Positions 8,688-18,829 are shown, numbered from the stretch's first letter. The stretch: 35,199 nt of DNA from Smithella sp. UBA2180 (GCA_002327415.1 DCVU01000114.1:1-35199); one strand, 5' to 3'. Translations and numbers: made by a program. Notes: generated by a model not told the origin, from the sequence alone.

Positions 8688-9419
8688 TTATTTCGGCCGG
8701 GCGACGATGATGCCCGTGAATTTTTTATTGGATTTTAAATAGGCAACGAGATTTTTTTTGGAAATGACGACATTGCCTTCTTTGCTGGTAGCATGTAGCA
8801 GATGCAGACTTTTCCCCTGCCATATGGCAAATCCCAGGTGTGCAACGTCCAGTCCTTCCTGGTTTGTGGTAAAGGCAAGGATATCGCCATTATATATTTT
8901 TGATCTTTGCGTGGTTACTTTATCTTTGTCAATTACAGAGAAAGTTTTGCGGGAAAGTTTCTTTTCTATCGCTGACATTCTGGCAAGTTGCGCTTTATCT
9001 TTGAGGGGCGTGTATAACTCTTGATGAGCAGTAATAAAATTAATTTTATTTTGTTGAGGTTTGCCGCCAAGACGACTAGACACGTCAGTTAAAATCCCCT
9101 TTTTTTCATTATCGCGCAACCAATCAGTGAAATAATGCAGGCGTGAGGAATAGTCATTCATCTTGCCCTGCCGATAACGGATTGATTTTAAATTTTTTCT
9201 GAATTCTGTTCTTGAAATTTTTCCGGAAGAGGCGCAGCGGGCGAGGGCCAGAACCGTTTCCACAAAAGTTGTGCAATCAAAAACGGATACATTGACAATC
9301 AGTTTTTCTTTGCCACGATTTTCAATCGTTCCTGTTTTGTAAGGCTTATTGATAAAAAAAAAGCCGATTTCTATTATCAGATTTCCGTAAGACAAATTGT
9401 CAAATTGTTTCCCTCTCAT
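8688..9419 (-). CDS. DUF1460 / N-acetylmuramoyl-L-alanine amidase-like protein
   Basis: The 243 aa protein has LIVNVSVFDCTTFVETVLALAR, RYRQGKMNDYSSRLHYFTDWL, GDILAFTT...LDVAHLGFA and GIIVARP, matching my memory of the DUF1460 family. It is convergent with the M15 gene with a 3-nt gap. Confidence 0.7.
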   Translation of the reverse strand: MRGKQFDNLSYGNLIIEIGFFFINKPYKTGTIENRGKEKLIVNVSVFDCTTFVETVLALARCASSGKISRTEFRKNLKSIRYRQGKMNDYSSRLHYFTDWLRDNEKKGILTDVSSRLGGKPQQNKINFITAHQELYTPLKDKAQLARMSAIEKKLSRKTFSVIDKDKVTTQRSKIYNGDILAFTTNQEGLDVAHLGFAIWQGKSLHLLHATSKEGNVVISKKNLVAYLKSNKKFTGIIVARPK

Positions 9420-9502
9420 GGTAATAAGCTTTTCCTTTACTGATTTCTAAATGATTATTCGGAACAAAGCAAATATTAAGATGAAATTTTTTTTAACAAA
9501 TT

Positions 9503-9545
9503 ATAAAAAAGAAAACGGTCAGCAGGGAAGCTGACCGTTTTCTTA
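9503..9545 (-). terminator. Rho-independent terminator, probably for rpsT, with a bidirectional hairpin
   Basis: A perfect 12-bp stem AAAACGGTCAGC (9512-9523) / GCTGACCGTTTT (9530-9541) encloses a 6-nt loop. On the minus strand it is followed by TTTTCTTTTTTAT. Confidence 0.7.
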
Positions 9546-9555
9546 TAAATTATTA

Positions 9556-9587
9556 TTGATCCCGCGTCGCTACGCTCCTGGGATCAA
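9556..9587. repeat. REP-like hairpin in the rpsT 3' region
   Basis: TTGATCCC (9556-9563) pairs with GGGATCAA (9580-9587) around a GCGTCGCTACGCTCCT loop. Further degenerate units follow up to about 9705. Confidence 0.45.
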
Positions 9588-9710
9588 TTCCATTTGCGCT
9601 TCAAATTTCGTTTCACTCATTTTACCACGGCGCTGAACGTCTGATATAGTTCCACTTGCGTTTCGAGCTGCACTACGCTTGCTCTCAACGAGTGTCACTA
9701 TCAGCAAATG

Positions 9711-9974
9711 TCATTGAACAGCGTTGACTTTTTTAGTCAGTCTGGAAACTTTGCGTGAAGCATTTTTCTTATGAATTAAGCCTTTACTGGCTGCTTTATT
9801 CAATGCGGGGATAGCAGTTTTAAGCGCATTAATAGATTTTTCTTTATCCTTACTGTTTACATTTTCAATTACTGATTTAATCTTTGTTTTTAGTGCGGAC
9901 TTGGCGGCGATATTGTGCGCGCGGTTTTTTTTGTTCTGCCGATCACGTTTTTCTGCTGATTTATGTGTTGCCAA
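9711..9974 (-). CDS. rpsT: 30S ribosomal protein S20
   Basis: The sequence (M)ATHKSAEKRDRQNKKNRAHNIAAKSALKTKIK... is typical of S20. AGGAGG (9986-9981) abuts the ATG at 9980 but lies 6 nt from the TTG at 9974, so TTG is the likelier start. The ORF track gives 9980. Confidence 0.9.
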   Translation of the reverse strand: MATHKSAEKRDRQNKKNRAHNIAAKSALKTKIKSVIENVNSKDKEKSINALKTAIPALNKAASKGLIHKKNASRKVSRLTKKVNAVQ

Positions 9975-10191
9975 AAGCATCCTCCTGAACTAAATTTTTT
10001 TAGAAAAGTTTTGTTAAATATTACCTTACTGCGTTTGTAATGTTTGAGTTTCCTTAAATAGGGTTTGTTGATTAGCCTAATTATTGGGGACTGTCAAGCA
10101 CAAACTGGATTATTCCCCCACCGTATCTCATTGTTTTTTATAGGAAAGTATAAAATTGCTTCAAAAGTTTTTAAAAAACACTTAAATTTTC

Positions 10192-10219
10192 TTGACATAA
10201 TGTTTTTTCTTTATATAAA
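10192..10219 (+). promoter_or_regulatory. Sigma70-like promoter (TTGACA-N16-TATAAA) with no intact gene downstream
   Basis: TTGACA lies at 10192-10197 and TATAAA at 10214-10219. Downstream lies only the GGDEF remnant and then the 3' end of the convergent pyrG. Confidence 0.35.
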
Positions 10220-10257
10220 CAGACCATCTGTATACTTCCAGAGAACATAAGTTTCAT

Positions 10258-12064
<1,807 letters not shown>

Positions 12065-12132
12065 TCAATACTTTCCACATATTCATGACTAAAAAAGATC
12101 AAATGCCTCGGACACAAGTTTGATAATAAAAT

Positions 12133-15100
12133 TTAATTATCTGTAATGACCAATTGTTTAATGCGCCCGGCCAGAGTTTCCACCGGTTCACTGAACAAAT
12201 CAGCGATCGGGAATTTTTCCAAATAACCGTCATCCCAGTTAATATTATATTCGTTGACCAGATTGCGGATGTCGTTGTAGCGGTAACCCAAGACGCCCTT
12301 CTTTTCGCCTGCGGGCAGAAATTCATTATAGTCTACATGGAGTAAAACGAGATTGCTGACAGATTCATTTTCTCCTAATATAGGCAAAATTACGATTGCC
12401 GCTCCGTCCGCCTTGCCCTTGCCGATATAAACGTGACCGGTACTGACAATTGTCCTTTTCGTTCCCATAAGCATTGTGGAAGTTTCCGCGCGCGATTTCA
12501 TATCTTTGGCCACTCCGCCTTTTTTTCGGATGGTAATGGTTGAACCTTCGGCGGGATTGCCCTGTGCATCGAGGTTATTAATATCATAAATGGTGTATCC
12601 TCGCACGCCGGAAATGGCAGGTTGGATTCTGCTTACGGTCATGACGTTTCTGTAGGTCATATCTTTGGCGGCAATTTTCAGTTCTTCCAGAAGATCGAAA
12701 ATGATTCCTTTGAGTTCCTTTTCTTTGCGGCTTGTACCGACTGTAACCGTTTTAGCCTGATGACGTATTGCGTCTATAGGTCTGGTCAATTCATCAATTG
12801 CCCGGTCAAGTGTTATATCCAGAAGATCAAGAGGCGAGGCAAAATCTTCGTCAGTCTTAAATTCATGGCGGAAATCTCCCAGCGGTAATTTGCCAGCGGC
12901 ATATTTCGCCAAAAGCACGACATCCGAAATTGTCCGTACGCCCAGCAGATTGAATGCCCCATTATTACGATGATGATTGAAAGATTGATAAAACTTATTA
13001 ATTATCTGGCGCAAGTGAACATCGGCAATTCTTTCGTAAAGCGAATAATTTTTTTTCGTTTGTTCAGCCATAGCCAAATTCAGGCTGTTTCTGAATTCTT
13101 TAAAAATAAGCGCTTCTTTATTAATACCGCAAGCGGCATAATAGCCCCACAAATGCCCCGCCATAGTATTGAGAATCACTGGCAGCGGCATGGGTGCCAC
13201 CGGAAGGGAAATTACGGCATCGGCAATCTTATCGAAGCGATTATCACCTTCATCGGCAAAAACAATAACCGCGGCCTTGTGCGCTTTGAATATGGCCACA
13301 TCCTTGGCGATATCTTCCGCGACTGCCCGAGGATTACCGGCGGCACAAACCAGAATTAAAGGTTCGGCTGACAAATCAATATGTTTTTTGTTTTCCACTA
13401 CATCGGAAGAAATAGTTTTATAGCAAAGTTCACTGAGTTTGATTCTAATTTCATCGGCCGCCGCTTTGTTTGGCCCGCTGCCCACTATCGCCCAGAATTT
13501 CTTCGCGGGAGCTTCTTTCACGGAGGTGGCAATTTGATCCCTTTTGACAAAAACCCTCTCCATCAGTTGCGGCGCGCCTTCCAGATTACGCAATTCCGCC
13601 ATGATATAATCATCTCTGCGGGCGGCTAATAGTTGGGCAAAGAATAGGGCCAAAATATGACCCGCGATAACCTGGGAATAAAAGGCCTTGGTGGAAGCAA
13701 CCGACATTTCAATATCGCGTCCGTCGCTGGTGTAAAATACTCCGTGCGATTTTGTAGTGATATCCGATTGTCTCCGATTGACGATGGAAATGATGAAAGC
13801 GCCGCGCTCTGCCGCCATGGCCACGGCGCGATTTGTATCAGTTGTTGTTCCGGACTGGGTAATGGGAATCACAAGGGAATCGGATAAATCATCCTTTAAG
13901 AAAAACCCGCTTAATTCGGAAGCAACTTTGCACATTATATTAATGTTCTTGTTTTTTAAATAACGCTCCAGGGCGTCAGCCACCGCCGCACCGGCTACAG
14001 CCGCCGTTCCATGTCCGATAACTATTATATTTTTGATAGCGCCGTTTTGAAGTCTTAAACGAATGGAGGCAGGAACAATATCTTCACCTAAATTAAAAAT
14101 GACCTGCGGCAAAGAATTATCCTTTACGGTCAGACGATATTTACCCCGCAGGGTTCTTTTAATCGAAATGGCGGATTCGGAAATTTCTTTGAGGAAAAAA
14201 TGAGGATAATCGCCGCGATCAATATCGCGCGTCGTAATTTCCGCCTTCTGCAAATCAATATCTTTTAAACTAATTTTGGTGCCATCGTAATAGCAACCAC
14301 TTGCTCCTTCCAGTCCTCCCGATGAGGCTTGATCCAAGACAAATATTTGTCCAGCTGCCCTGCTTTCATTATTGGTGGCTGTTTCACCATTCATTTTGAT
14401 GAAATGAGGCATCACTTCCACTAGCCCGTATAGTTCCGAAGAAAACATGTATTGATCAGAACTGATCCCGATGTAAATGGACTGGCCGCTGCCTTTGAGC
14501 GCTAAAAACATCTTGCCCGGTTCCAGATCACTGGTCATGGCAATTGCGTGTGAACCTTCGAAATCATTCACAGTCAGGCGAAACGATTCAGTGAGGTTTT
14601 GACCGGCTTTCAAATATTTCTCAATTTGCAGGGGAATAATTTTCGTATCCGTTGTGAGCTCCGGGGAAATCATTTCCGCCGGAAGCTCTGCGCGCAGAGC
14701 CTGGTAATTATCGATATCGCCGTTTAATACAACATTAATATGTGCGGCGGATTTGGGATAAAAAGGAAAGTACGAATTTTTCTGATCAAGTTTATAATTA
14801 TTGACGGGATGACAATTTTCTTCCGTAATCGAACCGACGGAAGCCCAGCGCGTATGGGTCAGCGCCGTTTCATAAAGCGTATCCAGTGCGGCAAAACACG
14901 GGAGGATTTGGTCTTTCTTAATTATCTGCCTGAGATCACCGACATTGCGTCCCAGTTCACCCACAATAGAAAAAGTTTTATAGGTAAAAGTCACTGTCGT
15001 TTTTTTTGCGGTGCCGGCATTTACATTTGCTGCAATCAGGATGGCGCCATTAACAAGGTCTTTCTCTTCAGCTCTCGTCAAATAATCTTCGTATAAGCCT

Positions 15101-15864
15101 TTTTCTTTCAGTTTAAGCAAAATGTTTTCCATGTCTTTTTCTTTTTCCAGAGTAAAGACAATTTGCAGTCCCGCAGAATCTCTGCCCCGGACTTCCAAAC
15201 GATCCAGTGCATTGAGCAACAAATTAATTTGCCGGTATTTTTTAAAGGACGCCGGTTTGAGTTCGGATATTTTTTTTGCTCCGGAAAGATCACAAATCTT
15301 CGGGAAATTAGCCAGGATATCTTTTTCTAAAATCCATTGGATATCTTTAAACAGAATAATCCGGCTGTTGATAATTTCCAGATCGGTGGAAGTAAATCTG
15401 GCGGCATTATCTTCCAGGATATTTTCTTCTTCCGCCAGAAATAATTTCATTTTTTCAACTAAACTGAGAAGCTTTTTGGATCTTTCAGCCTTGAAGAAAA
15501 GAAATTCTTGTTTACTTTCCTGCTTGAACTCCAATGTGGTTTTTTCCATGGAGTTGAGCGTTTCGAGTCCACCTAAGTATGCTTCCGCTATAATCTTTCC
15601 AGTCAAGGCATTTTTCAAACCAAAACCTTTGATCTTTTTCCACAATGCCGCCATATCAAAATCTTCGGTTAAGTCTGCAGATTTTTTATCGGTATGGAGA
15701 GTCATTAATCCGGCAAAACCGCAGTTAAGTTGAGAAGTCAAAACCGGAAAAAAAATTATTGCCGGAACGGAAACATTTGCCGGATGTTTTCCTATAAATA
15801 TTTGACAGACCGCAAGAAACCGGCCCATATTTTTTATGGTATTGAGCATTCGCGCAATAAACAT
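12133..15864 (-). CDS. Giant GlmS-like glutamine amidotransferase: a class II Ntn domain with a large insert, two SIS domains, and an unknown C-terminal extension
   Basis: The motifs run CGFAGL (Cys codon 15723-15721) ... about 180 aa insert ... RLEVRGRDSAGL ... HTRWASVG..NCHP ... NGDIDNY ... TDTKII. SIS 1 is GHGTAAVAG...ITQSGTTTDT...VASTKAF and SIS 2 is VGSGPNKAAADEIRIKLSE. The ORF is open to 16065, but codons 1-67 run through a REP-like element. The ATG at 15864 has AGGAG 10 nt upstream. TTG at 15741 is another candidate start. Confidence 0.8.
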   Translation of the reverse strand: MFIARMLNTIKNMGRFLAVCQIFIGKHPANVSVPAIIFFPVLTSQLNCGFAGLMTLHTDKKSADLTEDFDMAALWKKIKGFGLKNALTGKIIAEAYLGGLETLNSMEKTTLEFKQESKQEFLFFKAERSKKLLSLVEKMKLFLAEEENILEDNAARFTSTDLEIINSRIILFKDIQWILEKDILANFPKICDLSGAKKISELKPASFKKYRQINLLLNALDRLEVRGRDSAGLQIVFTLEKEKDMENILLKLKEKGLYEDYLTRAEEKDLVNGAILIAANVNAGTAKKTTVTFTYKTFSIVGELGRNVGDLRQIIKKDQILPCFAALDTLYETALTHTRWASVGSITEENCHPVNNYKLDQKNSYFPFYPKSAAHINVVLNGDIDNYQALRAELPAEMISPELTTDTKIIPLQIEKYLKAGQNLTESFRLTVNDFEGSHAIAMTSDLEPGKMFLALKGSGQSIYIGISSDQYMFSSELYGLVEVMPHFIKMNGETATNNESRAAGQIFVLDQASSGGLEGASGCYYDGTKISLKDIDLQKAEITTRDIDRGDYPHFFLKEISESAISIKRTLRGKYRLTVKDNSLPQVIFNLGEDIVPASIRLRLQNGAIKNIIVIGHGTAAVAGAAVADALERYLKNKNINIMCKVASELSGFFLKDDLSDSLVIPITQSGTTTDTNRAVAMAAERGAFIISIVNRRQSDITTKSHGVFYTSDGRDIEMSVASTKAFYSQVIAGHILALFFAQLLAARRDDYIMAELRNLEGAPQLMERVFVKRDQIATSVKEAPAKKFWAIVGSGPNKAAADEIRIKLSELCYKTISSDVVENKKHIDLSAEPLILVCAAGNPRAVAEDIAKDVAIFKAHKAAVIVFADEGDNRFDKIADAVISLPVAPMPLPVILNTMAGHLWGYYAACGINKEALIFKEFRNSLNLAMAEQTKKNYSLYERIADVHLRQIINKFYQSFNHHRNNGAFNLLGVRTISDVVLLAKYAAGKLPLGDFRHEFKTDEDFASPLDLLDITLDRAIDELTRPIDAIRHQAKTVTVGTSRKEKELKGIIFDLLEELKIAAKDMTYRNVMTVSRIQPAISGVRGYTIYDINNLDAQGNPAEGSTITIRKKGGVAKDMKSRAETSTMLMGTKRTIVSTGHVYIGKGKADGAAIVILPILGENESVSNLVLLHVDYNEFLPAGEKKGVLGYRYNDIRNLVNEYNINWDDGYLEKFPIADLFSEPVETLAGRIKQLVITDN

Positions 15865-15879
15865 TATTGTGAAACTCCT

Positions 15880-15905
15880 ATTCCGAAAGCGAAGCGCAGC
15901 GGAAT
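15880..15905. repeat. REP-like hairpin with a GCGAAGCGC core
   Basis: The arms ATTCCG (15880-15885) and CGGAAT (15900-15905) flank AAAGCGAAGCGCAG. More repeat-like sequence extends to about 16060. Confidence 0.5.
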
Positions 15906-16061
15906 TGGTAAGTTGAACAATCCCGCGGAGCGGAGGGTAATGAGACCCAAGCTTCAGCAACAAAGTGCACTGAAGCTCGCAGGTCGAATTATACCGCATA
16001 AGCAGGTATTTAATACACCGCAGCGAGCTCGCGAATCTGTTTCCAAAGCTTGCTTTGGGGT

Positions 16062-17354
16062 TCATACCCGTGATTTTTCTTTCCGCCGCGAAGCGTCAGG
16101 GTTATTATTTATACATTCAGTTATAATGTTTTTAGTAATACCTCTTAACCAGTCCGTACCTTCCTTGGTTTGTGCAGGAGTTAATAATTGTATTGATTCC
16201 AGATAAGAGTTGCCTTTGTTGGAAAGGCGCCGCATTTTTTTTACAAACGAATCTCTTTTCTTCAGCCCAATCTTTTCTTCGCTGTTACCGGAAAGATATT
16301 CTTCCATTCGGGGCCAATCCTGCAAAAACTGTTTCTGAGCACGCGACACGCTGACTGGATATATTATTTCCATTTTTTTTGTGACTACTTCCATAGAAGT
16401 TTCTATGCTTTGTGCAAACAGGCGCAACTGCTTGACCCTTTCTGCAAGGGCTTCATCAAGAACACTGCACGCTCCGGAATAAAGGAGATCGCCATACATT
16501 TCTTGCATAAAAAACTCGCGACGTACGTGATGATACCACTGCCTCAAGGCCGATAAATTAGCCACGTACTCTATGTTATGTTTAACTTTTCGAGTAATGT
16601 CACCGCCGGAGGCACCGGCAGCAGAATCTTTCTTCTTTTCCAGAGAAGAAAGTGATGTCCAATGTATACCCTCTGTTTTAAAATCCTGTCGGCAAATAAC
16701 ACCTGCTGGAATCACCGTTCCATAATCAATTTGTACCGGTCCCACAATGCCGCCCTGGCCGCCTAGGAAAATCGGCGGTTCCCTAAGCATTACGCCGCGC
16801 GGCACATCGCCGATTAATGAAGGAGTCGCTTTATTCTGCCGTGGAGTATAATTAAAATGAATGTAGGAACTACCCACTTCACTGTGATTCTTTCGACTCG
16901 TTCCACCAGCCATCAGGCAATCGCAAAAATTAATCAGACTTCCCAATTGTACGAAAGGAAAGAGGATTGTTTGCTTTAAACCTACACAATGGTTTCCGCC
17001 TGCTTCTTCTTCCAAAAGGCAGCCGGAACGAACCTGTGCGTTGCTGCCCATTGTTGCTTTATTCAAAAAAACCGAATTGGTAAAGTATCCACCCCTGAGT
17101 TCAACTGCATTGCCCAGTTGACAATTAATTAGAGTAACAGGCGCTTCGAATCCCAGTTTTACTTCTGGAGAGATTAATGTGTTTTCGCCGTAAATCCTTG
17201 CCGCGCCATAAATTATTGAAGAACCGGCGATCCTTTCCGGATTTACTTCATCACCGATTTCCACAGAAAAAGGGGCCGTCATCCGAACCCCTTTTTTTAA
17301 GAGACAAATTATCTTTGGAGATAAGGTTACAGTTTTCTTAATGGTTCTAGTCAT
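16062..17354 (-). CDS. Left-handed beta-helix protein related to the GlmU acetyltransferase domain, plus a helical C-terminal domain
   Basis: Hexapeptide-like periodicity runs through residues 40-230. HFNYTPRQNKATPSLIGDV...FLGGQGGIVGPVQIDYGTVIPAGVICRQD parallels the GlmU pattern NYDG..K..T.IGD..FIGS...LVAPV.IG....AGS. The roughly 200 aa C-terminal part is not recognised. Confidence 0.55.
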   Translation of the reverse strand: MTRTIKKTVTLSPKIICLLKKGVRMTAPFSVEIGDEVNPERIAGSSIIYGAARIYGENTLISPEVKLGFEAPVTLINCQLGNAVELRGGYFTNSVFLNKATMGSNAQVRSGCLLEEEAGGNHCVGLKQTILFPFVQLGSLINFCDCLMAGGTSRKNHSEVGSSYIHFNYTPRQNKATPSLIGDVPRGVMLREPPIFLGGQGGIVGPVQIDYGTVIPAGVICRQDFKTEGIHWTSLSSLEKKKDSAAGASGGDITRKVKHNIEYVANLSALRQWYHHVRREFFMQEMYGDLLYSGACSVLDEALAERVKQLRLFAQSIETSMEVVTKKMEIIYPVSVSRAQKQFLQDWPRMEEYLSGNSEEKIGLKKRDSFVKKMRRLSNKGNSYLESIQLLTPAQTKEGTDWLRGITKNIITECINNNPDASRRKEKSRV

Positions 17355-17371
17355 AAAATTTTTTTAAACGG

Positions 17372-17680
17372 CTATTTATTATTTTTCCCACAGCTAATAC
17401 CCAGCTTAGCCATTTTATCGGTAAATGTGTTGCGGTTAATGCCTAAAAAAACTGCAGCCGAACTCTTTACGCCATTTGACCGGCGCAAAGCAATTTTAAA
17501 TAAACCTTTTTCCACCATACTCATAACTTCTTCGTAAAGTTTGCTTTTGCGATCACCGGAAGAAGATAGCACCGTAGCAATATCTTCCAGGTTTTTTTCC
17601 ATTATTTCTTCAACAGCCACATAAGGGGTTGTCTTAACATTCATAACAATTTCTGACTTATTATGCTTTTTCGATCGCAT
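17372..17680 (-). CDS. Small Fis-family helix-turn-helix DNA-binding protein
   Basis: The C-terminal sequence NGVKSSAAVFLGINRNTFTDKMAKLGI matches the Fis-type HTH (compare [26 protein letters not shown] in E. coli Fis, recalled from memory). Confidence 0.65.
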   Translation of the reverse strand: MRSKKHNKSEIVMNVKTTPYVAVEEIMEKNLEDIATVLSSSGDRKSKLYEEVMSMVEKGLFKIALRRSNGVKSSAAVFLGINRNTFTDKMAKLGISCGKNNK

Positions 17681-17756
17681 TTTTTGAAGCTTACTCCTTC
17701 CTGGTAATTTACTAAGAAAGTAAAAATGTAATTAAAAAGAATGATTAATTCCAAAG

Positions 17757-18272
17757 CTAGAATGATAATAATTTTAAAATTATAAAGGCAGTACTGATTA
17801 AAACACCGAACCAGCACATCACAATCAAAGAACGTTGTTCCACAGGATTTTCCAGATAATTCTTAACTTCTATTTCGACTTTCTCATTGTCTACCTTATC
17901 CACAAGAGAACGAATAAGTAAAGCATGGTTTTCTAATAAATTGGAAAAAAAATAAAATCCCTTAGTCGTTGTTAATATAAAATAAATTTTATTACGCAGG
18001 ATAACAACTCCTAATTGTGTAATCTCTGCCCAAGTAAATTCTTTTATACGAAAAAACTTCTCTATTTTTAAGCCTTCGTTAGTTACAATAATTTTTCTTT
18101 TTGTTGCTTCAACAGCAACAAATAAGGTAATGGCGAAAGAAACTGCTAGAATGATTTTCTCCAACATTTGACCTTTAAATAAACTGATTAGAAACAATAA
18201 GAAGAGAAGAACAACGACAGTGATAAAAGGTATGAGGAAAGTCCTTTTAATTTTAAAAATACTTTGTGTCAT
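17757..18272 (-). CDS. Hypothetical membrane protein: two N-terminal TM helices, a small soluble PH-like module and a C-terminal TM helix
   Basis: The 171 aa protein has hydrophobic stretches at residues 12-33, 38-56 and 148-168. The gene is strongly AT-rich. No family was recognised. Confidence 0.5.
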   Translation of the reverse strand: MTQSIFKIKRTFLIPFITVVVLLFLLFLISLFKGQMLEKIILAVSFAITLFVAVEATKRKIIVTNEGLKIEKFFRIKEFTWAEITQLGVVILRNKIYFILTTTKGFYFFSNLLENHALLIRSLVDKVDNEKVEIEVKNYLENPVEQRSLIVMCWFGVLISTAFIILKLLSF

Positions 18273-18352
18273 TTATTAGTTTCCTGATTTAATTTGATTG
18301 ATTAATAAAACATGCAAATATTACTTTTCCGAATGGTTTTAATTGTTTCTCA

Positions 18353-18829
18353 CTAGTCACGAATAAAAGTGCCGCTTTTACCGCCACTTTTTTCTAAAAG
18401 CATGATTTCTCCGATAACTATTTTCTTATTTACAGCCTTACACATATCATAAATAGTTAAAGCGGCAATGCTCACGGCTGTTAGCGCTTCCATTTCCACA
18501 CCGGTTTTCCCTGCTATTTGCACTTGAGCTTCTATTACAATTTGCGAGTTTTTATGATCAATATTTAGATCTACGTCAATTCCCGTTAATTGCAGCGGAT
18601 GGCAGAGAGGAATGAGTTCTCCCGTTTTCTTTGCAGCCATAATGCCTGCAATTTTTGCCGTTGTCAAAACATTCCCTTTGGCAATTTGACCTTTTTCTAT
18701 TAATTTTAGAGTTTGAGAATCCATTTTGACAATTCCCCGGGCTTTCGCCTTGCGAAAAGTCTCCACCTTAGCTGTAACATCCACCATTTGGACATGGCCT
18801 TCATTATTTACATGAGATAATTTTTTCAT
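18353..18829 (-). CDS. moaC: Cyclic pyranopterin monophosphate synthase MoaC
   Basis: The 158 aa protein has LSHVNNEGHVQMVDVTAKVETFRKAKARG, KGNVLTTAKIAGIMAAKKT..LIPLCHPL and TGVEMEALTA, all typical of MoaC. Confidence 0.93.
   Translation of the reverse strand: MKKLSHVNNEGHVQMVDVTAKVETFRKAKARGIVKMDSQTLKLIEKGQIAKGNVLTTAKIAGIMAAKKTGELIPLCHPLQLTGIDVDLNIDHKNSQIVIEAQVQIAGKTGVEMEALTAVSIAALTIYDMCKAVNKKIVIGEIMLLEKSGGKSGTFIRD

Noticed and set aside
16062-16065. ATGA overlap suggesting translational coupling of the beta-helix gene and the GlmS-like gene
   Set aside because: The 67 codons downstream of that ATG are repeat-derived and non-coding-like. A start at 15864 (AGGAG upstream) or later is more plausible, so the overlap is probably fortuitous.
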